Shown: positions 38,303 to 51,614, counted from the stretch's first letter. The stretch is DNA of 64,000 bases from Phoronis australis (GCA_002633005.1 NMRA01000602.1:116362-180361), one strand, 5' to 3'. Translations and numbers: made by a program. Notes: generated by a model from the sequence alone, not told the origin.

Positions 38303-41300
38303 GTAGGAATCACTAAACTCCAGGGTCTGACCCTGAGGAATATATAGAAGCACGTCATTCATGCAAAATACTTTTATTAACACACCGTAATTGCTTATAA
38401 CTTGGGCCTTATTGCTTAATCATATCTTATTCAAATCTGTTGATGTTTATGCAACTACATGTATACACAGGCATAGCAAATAGGTAGTCATCATAACTTT
38501 TCATAACAACCACCAAATGTGTAACATGACTTATGCCCATGAACTACTTTTAGAGAGTAGGGAGTATATAATGTCTGCAAACGAATTTCTGCGATTATGA
38601 AGTTAATTAACCATGCTAAAGCCGTCAAAAGTATTGGTGCTTTCACTTTAGCTTGGTATTCATATTTTCTGAGCCGAAATGGCCACATTAAATTTAATAT
38701 GTTTAATTTTTTCATTAATACAATTTTAGGAATCAGGAAAGGCTTATGCTGGAGCTGGAGACCTGCAAATTATTAGTAAAGGTTGGGTATGGAAAAGTTC
38801 ACAACCAGCAAGAAGGTACCCTTCTGAACAACCAAGGGAGGGGGCTAGAGAGAGGCAGAAAAGTCGGGGAAAAAGTATTTGCCAAAGATTACTGGCTTAT
38901 ACCACAATAAGTCCAAAGTAATTTGTTGAGATAGGCCACTCTCAGCAAATGTGGGGAAAGTGGGACAGAGGAAGAAGAGTATGCAATGAAAGAGGCAATC
39001 TGCGATTGTCAAGGATGTAGCATTGTAAAAATTCAAAGGGAGGAAACAGTACAGTGGCTGGACCTGTAAATGCTCTGGCTGATGTGCTAAATCCAGTGGG
39101 GACATTATTGTATCAGCACAGCTGTGTAGGGAAGTAGGCTTGAGTGTTGTCACACGCTTTGTTTGCCCCAGAACTGCTTGTGTGAACAGCACAAATCTAA
39201 AATTTACCTAGACTGAATTTTTGTCCAGGCACGGATCATGATCCTGGGCCACATGGTTTTGGTGAATTGTTCATTTTGTTTAACCACTGGATTTTTTTGT
39301 TCTGACAGGATTTCTCAGTGTGGCCATCACATTTAGATGATTTGTGACCACTGTACTGTTCCTTTTCCTTGAAGGTTTGTAATTCATCTGAATTCATGTT
39401 TTCGCATTTTATTTACCATTATAGATTTTTGTTTGTGAATGGGCATATATTGCTGAAATTTGAGCCCCTGTTGCAGTTGGGCTGGTTTTGTTAACTTATT
39501 TTTCTGCCTGTGTTGTAGACTTTCTGTCCATGAGGTAATAAGTTTTGATTTAGACCGTTTACCTCTATAAACTTTGCTTAGTTTGTTCCTTATCCAGATT
39601 GGAAGTGTTTTCTGGAATTTGAGCGAATTGACAGTTTGCTATTCCTTGAGACCATGCGGTGTGTATAAAATCACACAGTATTAGACTGGTCTCTAGCAAT
39701 TGCATATTGCCAGATCTTTCAAAGTTCTGAAATTGCTCAAAAGTGACCTGGAAGTAATACCTATTTCATGATGATAAAACGTCTAAATCAAAAGCTGTTT
39801 AAGTGATTTCAGGCGAGTTTATGTCCACTTCAAATGATTTGCTGTTGCAGTACTGAAAAGTATTGGCACATTAGCTCTGGTGGCTCATTGTTTTTGGCGA
39901 ATTGACTATTTTTTGGTTCTCATGGGTAATTTTGTTACTGGTCTAGTATGTATGTACAACTGTAATCGTAGGACAATTGTAATGCAAACCATGTTGCAAA
40001 AGTATTTTTTTCACGACCATTTCATTGTAAAATGCTGCCTAATTGGAACCGAAAAGCCAATTTTTCATTTTGTGTTGGTTAGTTTTGATAAGAACATTGA
40101 TGTGGTAAATACAGCTACCTCAAGTTTGTGAAGAAGAGATTTACAGTGTTGTCAGCGATATTGCGAAATCACTTTTTTCGCAGTGAGACTACATCACCTT
40201 AAATGTAAGTCCCTGACTTCATGAGCTTTGTGTAGTTCACTCTGTCCTGTAGCAATTGGAGTGTTGAAAAGATCTAGAAGGAATTTTTTATTAGAGTCAT
40301 AACATTTGCACTTTTGACTTCACAGTTATCTTTGCATTGTATTAGGAAAACATATTTTGTAGTACACAAGCCTCTGGTTGGTATTTTATATTTTTTCACC
40401 AGGAATATTTTCAGCTTAGATGAGTTGTCTGTGAGGTAGACAATTTTCAAATAAGATAATGAATAAAATTGTCAAACATTGTTTCACTTTTTAGATGTGT
40501 GATCTTCCAATAAGTGATTACTTTTAAAAAACCTGTGCAGAATTTGATTTTTACTCTTCATTTAAAGGAAAATAAACCCATAAGCCTGCATTGTCTAGAA
40601 ATTGTACTCAAACTACATATTACAGGGCTGGGGATTGGAATCTTATTACAACGGAGTCTGAACCCGTACCATGAGCAATACAACACAATACACGGATATA
40701 AAAATTTGGTGTTTAGGTTCTACGGTAATAGTTACTACGGTGCGTGGTCATTGTTTGTGGATACTTTGGGATACAAAATGGAGCCATGTATGGTATTTAG
40801 GGGTACTATAGTCCTAAGTGGTAAGTAGTAAAACGTTCAAAACATTCAGGAGGAACTAACTTGTTGCAAAATATCGAAAAACATGAAGGGCAATTGGATT
40901 TTACGGTGCTCACGCATCGATCTCAGATATATGAAAATTTCTCATTTTAGTACAATTGAGGTGCCAAAATGTATAACTATTAAACTGGCGGACAAAGTTT
41001 TTATTTTATGCAATGAAAGTAACATGTTTTGTCAACATTTTGGCTAAGTTTCATTCTCATAGCAGTGGGGGCAGATTTGGTACAGCAGTGTACTGAACAC
41101 AACCTCAAAATGACACAACGGGGGCAGTGTAGTAAAAGTACTAAATGAGGGTGGTAAATCGGAATCGTGTTTCAAGACATCCGTGTAACAATCTATAGGC
41201 ACCACTAAACAATGCCAAGTCAATAATAAATCAATAGCTTTCATTCAAGGAAAAATATAAACAGTTAAAACTGGACAGTTTTTATATATAGAAAACATGG

Positions 41301-41639
41301 CTGCGAAGCCGTAAAATGTGTTTGAGCCTATAACTTTGGAAAAACGCAATATTTTGAGGAAATATTTTACCGCTGTTTATAGATCCCATAGGACTACCTA
41401 TAAGCTAAATTTGGTGAAAATCGGCTGACCCCCACATTGCCGCTGGATGGCTGGTGCTCTCGTGGACTAGTACTTAAAGGCAGTTTTTCCAAACCAAATG
41501 TACTTGCGATCAAATTAATATTTTCTCCAAGTGTCACAGATAAAGGTTCAGGTCCCCTATGCGTAACGTACTCGAATTTATATATTTTGTTTGACCATAA
41601 GACTTACCGATGTGTGTGAGCTTTACACAAAATATTTAA

Positions 41640-43567
41640 GGTAGGTGGATACTCAAAAAACTATTTTTGACTGTTTTTCACATTTTTGTGTCACCCTAAT
41701 CTTTAATTCTTGATGCACAGTATACTGAAGAAAAATAAAATCATTCTGACAACCCAACGTTGTTTTTTAGCTATATTTGACCAAGCCTGAGTAAGTCATA
41801 TGGCTTGAGTGCTCACCAGCTCAGTGACTGACAACTGGGGCGTAGATTAAACAAGGACACTAGCTCTAATCTAACCCTGTCAACAAACGTTGCGTAACTG
41901 GGCAATCGAGAGTGATGTACCAGCTGATATTGATGTTGTAGCAAGACCAAGAATAAAATAAATCTATTTTGGACCATGTGGAAGTTGGTAGTGTAATGGT
42001 GAACTAGCTCCTGTTCTGAGCCTGAGCCTGTTTGTCTATCTGCAAAAAAATTAAGTTGAGTACGCCAAGCCCTACCGAAGCCATCACTGCACTCAGCTTG
42101 AAGAGTCAGGGCAGAAATTATGCGTGTACAAGAGAACTCGGTAAGGTGAGGTGTCTTGCGAGAGGAAGCTGAGCGTTGACGTGGGTGGTGTTGCACGATT
42201 CGCTGAAAGTGCATTCACGAGCTGTGAAGACAAGCCGCGCTCGCGACACATGGACAACTACATGCCGTCAGAGTAAAATCTTAGTAGATAAACCGTGCTT
42301 CTGTGCTGGGAACGCGCCGTGGAGAAACTTGGCTGTCAAACCCAGGGGATTTTTTAACTTGCCACTGGCCGTAACCCAAAGAATTTGAGAAATGACCCAG
42401 TGCAACATAACAAAATTTTTCTAGTGCATAGATTCAAACGTATCCCTGAATTGAAACTCATTGTATTATACGATTTAAGAGGAAAGCAATATAAGAAATA
42501 TAAGAAACCTTGGTAACTTGAGAATCTCACCCAAGCGACGCTATTTGCGCAGAAAGTGATATTTTCTTATCCCAAAGTCCATTTGGTACAGGCACGTAAA
42601 AATGTTGAACCATTACAATGAAAGTGGTTCTTTATCCTCGTCGCCAATATTGTTATATAGACAATAACGCTGCGATTTGATATAACACATATAATGGTTG
42701 ATGATAATATTAGAATACTAACAAATAGGTTTGTGTCATATAGTTAGAGAGTCTTTTACTACACTGAGTGAGTTCAGATGAATCGTATAAACAATCAACA
42801 CATGGTTTTAGTGTGTGCAGTGGGCAAGCCTGTGCAGCAGGCAATAGATCAACGCTAAGCTCCGCCCACGTGACTGACATATCTGTTTTGGTCGTCTGTC
42901 GTGCTTCATAAGTTCGAAAAAATGATTAAAATTACGCTGTTAACAGACAGGTATGTCACATTTTCTAAACATGAAGTAAATATCAGCTTCATTTCTAGTA
43001 CTTCAACAAAAATTGGAACATAATGACCACGCATTCTGAACGAAATTTGATCTCAAGTGTCAATCGATGACCGCTTAACTTCAAAGCCGTTTTTCACTAC
43101 TCGTGATTTCAGGATAGTGACAAGATTCTCGGGCCAATTTATACGAAATATGCGAATTTGAAATCCTCTAGGACTGAAAGAAAATCACGTGCCAGGGTTT
43201 TTTGATACATGGACCAGATTTTTAGTTATTAGACGGAAAATGACCAAACGACACAAAGTGTTGTGCTTGCCCCAACTCACACACAAAAAATGCCGCACAA
43301 TCAAGATCATAATGATTTTGTACATGTTTGGTATGGATAAGTAGAATAGTGCATAAGGAAACAGTTGATGATAATCCCTGTGCATTTTGAAAAAAAAATC
43401 GAGCCAAAATTGAATTTTTCGGATATTAAAAATACGATTTAAAAAAAAGAACTACAAATATTTTTTTCGATTTTTGTCACTTTCAGAGTCATGTCTAACT
43501 AGTTAAAACTCCCTTTTTACTCATTTTAGTTAGGAACCTGGAGATTAGACCAGTGTATACACCTACC
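41640..43567. mobile_element. Non-autonomous Kolobok-like element
   Basis: TTAA then GGTAGGTGGATAC ... GTATACACCTACC (12/13 inverted match). The right flank is TGTA rather than TTAA. Confidence 0.45.
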
Positions 43568-43792
43568 TGTATACAGTTAACTTTCACCACGTATTTTCGT
43601 GTAGGTGGTGAACAGAAATCACATTTTGGTAGAAAGATGAACGTTATTGTGTGATTTGCAACAACAAAAAAGACAAAAACGGTGAAAATTGAATTTAAAA
43701 TGGATACTACTTAGCTGGCACTAAATTACAGGGCTATTCAATTCTAGTGCAATTGTCTGAGGGGCAAAATCACGGGTAATACCCTGCTCTGG

Positions 43793-43825
43793 CCGCCCTA
43801 ACTCAAAATCCTGGATCCGCCCCTG
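43793..43825 (-). repeat. G-rich hAT-MITE-type right TIR
   Basis: CCGCCCTAACTCAAAATCCTGGATCCGCCCCTG; inverted match to 32131-32163. Confidence 0.6.
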
Positions 43826-44080
43826 ACAACGTAATTTAAATGAATAAATCACGTACCAGAAAGCATAAAAGTGCGGTGAGTCAGAAGTTTCCATCCTCTC
43901 TGCTGGATTTCCCGCTTCAGGTTGGGAAATCCAGTCAGTGAAAAGGTCCTGAGAGAGAGAGAGAGAAAGAGAGGGCGGAAACTTCGGACTCACCACACTG
44001 TTATGCTTTTAGTAAGTGGTTTAAGCATTTAACGTCATATCATCGAAAAGCAACAAAAAACCTGTTCCATCGCATACATG

Positions 44081-44163
44081 TACAAGGTACGTGTTTGTAC
44101 CAGTGGCTATTACATCACGAGTCGAGATATAAAAGCACACTTGGTACAAACTCGTACGCTGTA
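44081..44163. repeat. Imperfect 83-bp hairpin
   Basis: GTACGTGTTTGTACCA pairs with TGGTACAAACTCGTAC, and pairing continues inward to a very short loop near 44120. Confidence 0.75.
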
Positions 44164-44955
44164 TAACTTACTTATCGTAAGCACCCTGCGGAGGATTCAT
44201 GTAAGAAGCTGCTTTGCATTGATTACTCCGCTTGTTTGCGTGTCCTTTGTCATCGTCTTTGATCAATGGTGAAATCTACATTGTATTTCCAAGTTAAAAT
44301 TTAATGTTTTTAAGCTTTCGTACTGTCTGCTATCACTTCGTTTAGTAATATCTGTGCAGGACACCCAGACGTTGTGGCTGATGCACGTTCAGACGCGTCA
44401 TAAAAATGTTCCTTGCGGGCGGATTTTACCAATTTCAGGTGGAAAGTATTAAGAAGTTTTATCACAAGATTGATAAAAATACAGTGTCTGCAGCAGTACA
44501 GTTTAGCATTTAGACTTGACGTAGTTTGATTTTTTTGGGAACGATTAATTTTCCTCATATTTGACAGTACAGAATCTTATCTGGTGTACTGCAGTAGGTA
44601 ACCAAAACGGTCGTGGGTTGGAAATCGTTGTTGTTTTTTTAACCGGTTCGAAGTTTTTGTGATTTAGGGTGCAAAGTACTGTAATATTAAGAAACATTGC
44701 CAGTGATTCATTTATCCCATACAAGTTGAATCAGTCTAGGGAAATACGGTCATGTTATCATGTTTCCGTATTCACTTCCCGCACTACTTCAACAGCGACC
44801 TCTGAAATGGAAAGTTCAAAAGGTAGGCCAATGTCGAGTCGACGTCGAAAGCTTGTTCGAGCATCAAACTTTTGGAAAGTAATTTAAAGTAATGCGATTG
44901 CAACAGTGTGAGTAACACTTACTATGCAATCAGGTCTCAGTCGTAACATCCAGAA

Positions 44956-45206
44956 CAGGGGCCTGTTCCAACAAAACTGACTTAGCTAAGACAAATCTTA
45001 ATTTTTGGTAAATTGTAAAATAAAAGTTTATCTGTCGTAAAACCAATTCAGCAAAGAGATCTTACGTTAGACTTAAGTGTTCGAGATAAGTTTTGTCTAA
45101 ATTTTGATTAAATTACCGAGTGCGAAGTTTCAAATTTGGAAGTTAAGACAAATCTTAAACTTAAGTCAAAAATGAACTTAAGTCAGTTTCTTGGAACAGG
45201 CCCCTG
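44956..45206. mobile_element. PIF/Harbinger-like MITE
   Basis: CAGGGGCCTGTTCCAACAAAACTGACTTA ... TAAGTCAGTTTCTTGGAACAGGCCCCTG TIRs with internal CTTAA/TAAG repeats. The CAG/CTG flanks are not an identical TSD. Confidence 0.7.
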
Positions 45207-46117
45207 GACTGTTAATTAATTACCGGGTATATGACATTTCTGTCTCAGTTTTCAATTGCTAATATTATGTCGTCTGCAACTCAGGCGCCGATTCCCGGTA
45301 ACTACAATATGAAATATTGTAATTTAATAATTTTCAGAAGCTGATACAAGTTCAACGCCCAGTTGTCGTTGCTTTCATTTTTGTCTCTTTTCAAGGAATA
45401 AGTCGTTACATTTAAATCCGTTTCTTCTTTACTAGAGAAAACTTGCAACCTAACATGCAAGCATATAGACATAGGCTATGATACGCCAAGTGAACAGTCT
45501 GAGTGAAGTACTTAAAAATCTGGCGGAAAAAAATGAAAGAATCTTAGGAATTTGATGCGAATTGGATAAATTTAAAACGTAACTCGATTGGGGTAGATGA
45601 AGTTTCGGTCTCGGTCCATACACGGAATATTGTCTCGTGGGATATTACTTCTTCAACGCGAATCTCGGTACGTTTTGTGTATGTATTTCACAGTTATCGT
45701 TAAGTGTTAGCAACACATACCATAGTGTTGACATGTTAAAATATTGAGCACGGATCTGATCGGAGTTATATATACAACCACGGTTTTGGTATGCGTTAGT
45801 GTGTGGTGGGCACATTTGCGAGTAGTTGAATATCGGGACCGACCCTCGAGATTTAATATAGCAAACCAAGAACAGGCGTCGAATTCTTCATTTTTGAAGG
45901 TAGTCTATATTATCGACAATTGTCTTCAGTTTTGGGTCGCAAATTTTTGGGCAGGAAACGTGAAGACAATCATTTTATAATCCATGTATGATTTAAAGTA
46001 TTGTGAATGTCGCATATTCCACTTTCATTAAATTTCTCTGAAAACAGCTGTTTACAAAATCCTCACGGAAATCCAACACATGTGCTTAGCAGTAATTCAT
46101 GACTCTGGTCGCAAAAT

Positions 46118-46575
46118 TGTTTACCCTACATGAATGAACGCCAGCATAATTTAGGGCAAACTTTATTTTGTTGCTCTGTCATCAAGTTTGTTTTTTTGTT
46201 TGTTCGAACTCTACAGGTAGCATTTTCCTCCGATTTCCACGAAATTCACACAGAATCTGTAGTTTTGGAAGTATTGGAAAGCAATTGTTTTTCTTCATGT
46301 TGGGATCCAAGATGAAGGACATGACGGCCATTTTGTTTTGAATTTCAGATTCAAATGCTCAAACAGGCCGTATTTTTAACGTACTCATCTGAAAACCAGT
46401 ACATGATTGTAAATGCAGGCAGTGCATAGCAGTGCATAGCAGTGCATAGCAGTGCATAGCAGTGCATAGCAGTGCATAGCAGTGCATAGCAGTGCATAGC
46501 AGTGCATAGCAGTGCATAGCAGTGCATGTAGTGGTTTCCAATTATCCTAGAGATGGCGATCTTAATCTCCTTGTT
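46118..46575. repeat. Helentron/HINE-like dispersed repeat
   Basis: Core similar to 7250-7420; short inverted motif TTTACCCTA..TAGGGCAAA at the start; ends CTTGTT. Family is inferred. Confidence 0.4.
46419..46527. repeat. Perfect 10-bp minisatellite (GCAGTGCATA), about 11 copies
   Basis: Directly visible. Confidence 0.98.
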
Positions 46576-47389
46576 ATTAATTTTAGGGAGTGGTCTCTAA
46601 ATAATTCATGATTTAGTCAACCCCTTTCGGTGGTATTGTTTTGATTGGTTGTGTTGAGTTGGTATACTGTCAGGGCCAATCGGCTTTTTAAGTTTTCGCA
46701 GAGTATTTAAATGTTCGTACAAGCATCAGTTGGTTATTCACTCCTGGATTTTCGTATGTATCTTGAGTTGAGTACCGGCCTGGGTTTTGAAGCATACGCT
46801 GTAATATACTTATCTGGTTACCGTTCATAGTTAGATGCTGACTTTGGGTAGCGCTGAGTTTGTAGTTTGCGTTCTGTCAGCGTTGTTGTAGACTAGACTC
46901 TTATTTGTGTTGACATAGATATGCTTTTACGTTGCAGCCAATTTTACTTTTGCTGGAAGTCAATCAATTTAGTTACGAATACTTGTTGTATATATATTTC
47001 CATTTTGTGAACTAGTTTTGCGGAGTGCTTCAGTAGTCTAAGAGTTATTCTGTCTCGGAACTTCAGTGGTTTATTCCGCCATGGTTTTCCTGAGTTTGTA
47101 TTTCCTCAGATGCGGTTTCCGTTAGACATTAATTAAACATTAGGTAGAAAGTGTAACGATATCGTGGTGGCTGCTTAACGCTAACGGTATAGTTTAGTAG
47201 TCAACGCAACTATTTTTTGTAACGTTTCAGATAAGCGATATAAATAACGATGCAATGAGATATATCAACAATAATCGATGAGCGTAATAAAGTATATCGA
47301 GTTGTAGACGCCTCTTTCTCTATTGCATCAACGTTTGAGCAGTAATAATTATTGTACTATACGTGTGGTACAGATTTGCCGGAAATCAT

Positions 47390-48075
47390 TGACTTCCGGT
47401 CAAAGATGGCGGATATATCTACAATTGCGGGTGTACACCTTGACTTCTGGACGAAAACGTTTTGTCCTGTAGAGGGCGAATTGTAGGACCAACTGCTTCG
47501 AAACTTCTCAGATGTTAATTTCTTGTAACTAGCTATTTTTAAATCCTGCTTAACCAGAAGTTGCTTTCAAGACGTTGGATCTGGCGCATTTTCACTTCTT
47601 TTCAATAGTACTGGAGTGCCATTTTGAAAGTTAAGAGAAATTGACGTGAATTTTTGCAGGTGGATTTTCAGAGGTATACTCTTTGATATGACCTATAACA
47701 AATTTTTCTAACACATACCGTTTTTATTTTTTTGTCTTTGAATTTCAAAAAAATGCAAAATTTAAAATTTTTCAAAAAAAACAGAATTTTGAGTTTTAAA
47801 CGGGCTTTCAGATAATGTTTTCCATTTTTCGCTATGGCGTCTACTAATGGATTTTTTTTGATTTTCTGATAACGCTTTTGTTGACCGATTTTGCAGCACT
47901 GTTGTTGGTTTACTTTCCATTAAAGAAGACTCTAGGCCTATGTGTTACTTATTTCTGACATCTACGTTCGTTATATGAATGTTATCATCATGTTCATTAT
48001 AGCCACCATCATTATCATCGTCATCATCACTATACCCATTAAGGTCTTTCAGTTAATTTCGCTAAGTGTCGCTCC
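47390..48075. repeat. Diverged second copy of the repeat at 7480-8170
   Basis: Colinear similarity including the (CAT)n tract and TCAGTTAATTTCGC..AGTGTCGCTCCT end. Confidence 0.7.
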
Positions 48076-49067
48076 TTTAATTCCTTTGTTGGTTGCTCTG
48101 CTCAACTGTAACATACAAAAAAACAATTTCTATGACACACTTCGCATCACAAAACACGACGACAAAATTGTAACCAAGATTATTGGTAAAGGCGCTGGAG
48201 TAAGAACGAACCAAATTGGTGCATTTCACCTCCAAACCATAACCAGTCTCACATATGCAAACTACTTTTGGAGACTAGCGTCACGTGGGAAAATAGGTCA
48301 TTGACTGTGGCTCCAGTCTTTTCATGCGGTAACTATGTCAGGCGGGCAACTTGGTTTTCTCAGTGGGTCTACATTACAATACTCGCTGGTTGCCTGAGCT
48401 AGGTGGTCAGTAGCCACCACCCAGGTATCAATTAATTTTCCTCGGGAAATTTGTTTACACCGGCGTTTCTGATTGCCTAGTCGAATTCTCAACAGACAGC
48501 GCTTTACGTAAACTAACTGGCATCATAAATACTCTATAGTCTAGGCTGGCATGACTGATGAACTGAAGTGTAAATGAGGTCTGTTGTACAGACAAATCGG
48601 TGATTAAAATTGATGTTCAGGAAATGTGAATCCTAGAAATTGTGGTAGCGTCTTTTCGGAATGCATCTTTCTACTGTCGATGACTTTTGTTTACGATACT
48701 GTCCCGTATTCATTCAGTATGAATAACACACCGGTTAAATTGGCCAGATATGTGTTTATTTTACATTCATGTGCTTCAAGCACGCGGCTATTAAACATCA
48801 GTGCAGAAAAGGAACAGTTGCTACGAAGCCACTTTCATGACAAGGCTAAAAATTGTTCACAGTGCGCCATTTTTTCACGGGTTTGTGAAGCTAACCAATG
48901 GCTACTGAGGTTACCTCAAACCTGGGACACTCGTATTCAATGTTGCCATGATGGAATGAGCACGGTTTAAAAACAATGTGTAAGCTTACGTGTTGCAGCA
49001 CTCGATCTGAGGCTGGATCGATGGCTTGAAATCACGTGCCCAAGAATGGAAGGAGTTTATTCGTTAT

Positions 49068-49970
49068 CAGTGGCGGATCTAGGATATCACAAGGGGGGGG
49101 GAAACATTTTGTCCGGCTGTAAGCATTTGCGCAAACCGAGATTGTAGATGCGCATAGCACCGCATGAGGGGAGCCCCCCTCCCGCCCAGGAAATGTTTCT
49201 GTTTTTTCTTCTAAAAGCATTTTCCTTTATTCCTGAAGTATTATCCAAGGAGAAAAGAAAAAAAACACGGAGAACGTGTCGATCAGGAAAAACAGGAAGT
49301 ACCAGAGACTCGTACTCACGACTTGGCGAATAGAGGGCGCGTGCTTTACCACTTCACCACCACGACTTAACTACTAATCTCATAATAAGAGACCTACTTG
49401 TTTATGGTCCACAGCGTTTCCGCGCGAAACCTACTTCTTTTTGTAATGCTTATTACACGTTTTATATTTTGGGCGACCGGTTCTTAACAAATTTGTCGTA
49501 TTTATAAATAGTCTTCAAATGCCAAAAGATGTGTTGGCAATAATGATGGGATTGCTTTGGAAATCGTCTTAAGATAAGGTTTGAGAAAGAGAGAATTATG
49601 AGCTTCTGAGTGATTCACAGGTTCCATTTTCTTTAAAAAATGAAATAAATTTTCTTCATTGCACTGCGGATCAGACGACGGAAACGGAGTCGTAGTGCGC
49701 AGCGACACTGCCAGTCGCATGGGATAACGTGGGAGAGCTTATACTTAGCCATAATTCCGTTACGAATGCGCCGTGTTCCGAATTTGACACTTGAAATTGG
49801 ATCTGAGCCCCCCCAACACTAAAACTGCACACATTTAAATCTTGTTTCATCCGTATAACTTTAATTACCGGGGTCAATTAATAAACTCAACATTTCCCTA
49901 CGCTCTTGCTGTTCTATTTTTTTGCGGCAGCCAAAGTGGGGGGGGGCCTGCCCCCCTAAATCCGTCTATG
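49068..49970. mobile_element. MITE of the same family as 21791-22102, opposite orientation, 5-bp TSD (GTTAT), with extra internal sequence
   Basis: CAGTGGCGGATCTAGGATATCACAAGGGGGG ... CCCCCCTAAATCCGTCTATG; GTTAT at 49063-67 and 49971-75. A tRNA-like SINE head may lie on - at ~49304-49362. Confidence 0.75.
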
Positions 49971-51323
49971 GTTATTTTGAGTGGACTTTTGTCTCAGCCC
50001 CTGGGTGCGCGCATGCATTTCTTCTCCATACGTAGCTCTTTTCTCAGTAAGTTAGTCTGGGCATGGTGTAAGTTATCTACCCAAATTTTTCTCATTGCAT
50101 GTCCATTGGTAGGTTGTCTAATTTTCATATATCGATACTCAGCTGAGTCTCAGTTTGGAGATTACAGAATGCGCCAATATGTGAAGTACAACCATTTCAT
50201 TTTCAAACTATTTGTAGTCGCAGGTTTTACTAAAAGACACGTGTCTATATTACAGATTCGCACACGCTGTTCAAAGAATAACGAAGTATTTTACGGAACC
50301 CCTAAGAAATCGTTTAAATATTCTGAGGTTGCCAAAGCTTACAGTCAGCACCCTGTTGGAATCCATCAATCTACATTTCTTCCTTACTTCTGCATTTCAG
50401 TACCAATGTATGACATTATTAAGACTTAGTATTGCCTGTAGTAATATCAGCTACAATAGCATTCTTTGTAGACTCTTAATTTTCCTTTCTTCTAACTTTT
50501 TTAATTCCATGTAGAATTTGCAGATTTGGCAACCTTGTAACATCAAATTCCCCAAACATGTGCACGTTCAAACACGGGGACTGTTTTGATTCATAAAGTG
50601 CAAGGATTAGTGACAGCATATCACCTGAATTAAATTTCCCCTGCAGCCCATGACCTGAAAGAGACGCAGTAACAATCGCATTACCAACGTCCATACCCCC
50701 TGGCGAAAGCATTATGAATATGTCGCTTGTTCCGTTAACTGAACGAAAGAGTGCTTGAAAACATATGATTAAAGGAGTATTTTTTCAAGTTGGGAAGAGT
50801 TAAAGACGCTAAGGTGTCCCTCTATGTACAGGAGGTCTTGGATGCTTTATCCAGTGTGAGGCATAATTAGCCAGCCTGGAAAAATGAACATAAATTACCT
50901 TTTTGAACCTAGCCAAAATCTTGTAAACTAATGGTGCATTTTCACGATCCAGTTCCTATTCGAAATTTCCGATGACCCAGAGATTCTGTCAAGTTGGTTC
51001 CAGAGATATGCCTGCGTGCAATGTATGTTTTTAGGTCCAATTTTGACATACATGTAATTATGTATGCAAATCAGGGTTAATATTTGCAATATATTAGCAC
51101 CTCAAAATTGTCATCTGGATCTAAAATAGGGATGATAGCTAATATTTACACCCGCTTAACACCTAGTCTATTACGCCTGGGGCAATCAGAAGCCGGGACA
51201 CATTGAGCCCGGGGCACATAAACCCGAAATCCACAAAGCGGTATACATTAACTACTTCAACGTCCATTCTCTGCAATCAAGGTTAAACATATTATGAAAG
51301 GTTTGCATTTCGTCTCTACTTAG

Positions 51324-51614
51324 GTCACATGCACGACGTCAACCAATGCTGGAAGGTCAAAGACACAAATGCCTTTGTAGGCATAGAATTCCAAGGCAAT
51401 TTGAGAAGTCGTGAACAGTGTCGATCAATCTGTGGGACGTTTCGAAAAGCTTTTGCTGCAGTTGCTGAACACGATCATTGCTTTTGCAGCGAAGATTTTT
51501 TTGGACGTACTCTTGAGGAAGCAAAAAAATGCAACGGACCTTGTAAAGGGAATCAGTCAGAGTTGTGCAGTCTTGCGTCTAACCACGTTTTTATAATGCA
51601 CTCCCTACGAGATG
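51324..51614 (+). CDS. Secreted triple-WSC-domain protein, exon 4 (WSC domain 2, divergent)
   Basis: QCWK...EQCRSIC...FAAVAEHDHCFCS...KKCNGPCKGNQSELC; CTTAG acceptor, GTACGT donor, phase 1-1. Confidence 0.88.

Larger units (their letters stand above)
32505..41469. mobile_element. ~9 kb foldback / inverted dimer of an Academ-like non-autonomous DNA transposon
   Basis: Left arm 32505-37259 and right arm 37469-41469 are reverse complements (roughly 90% by eye, with indels). Ends TAGTCCACGAGAGCACCAGCC / GGCTGGTGCTCTCGTGGACTA; GTAC at 32501-04 and 41470-73. The palindrome is directly visible; the Academ label is inferred from the termini only. Confidence 0.85.

Noticed and set aside
33840-40828. 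Paired similar ORFs (33840-34025 / 40514-40828, 34407-34706 / 39880-40131, 35470-35829 / 38845-39192)
   Set aside because: Their similarity only reflects the inverted duplication; non-ATG starts and no motifs.
32505-41469. Palindrome as a read-foldback or amplification artefact
   Set aside because: The arms differ by many substitutions and large indels, and symmetry ends at transposon termini, whereas artefacts give near-identical arms with arbitrary ends. Long-read confirmation is still advisable.
46359-46541. CTAMHCYALL repeat ORF
   Set aside because: Translation of the 10-bp minisatellite.
49304-49362. tRNA gene
   Set aside because: A/B-box-like motifs are degenerate and no full cloverleaf forms; at best a SINE head.
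49842-50429. 195-aa plus-strand ORF
   Set aside because: TTG start, crosses a MITE boundary, no domain pattern.
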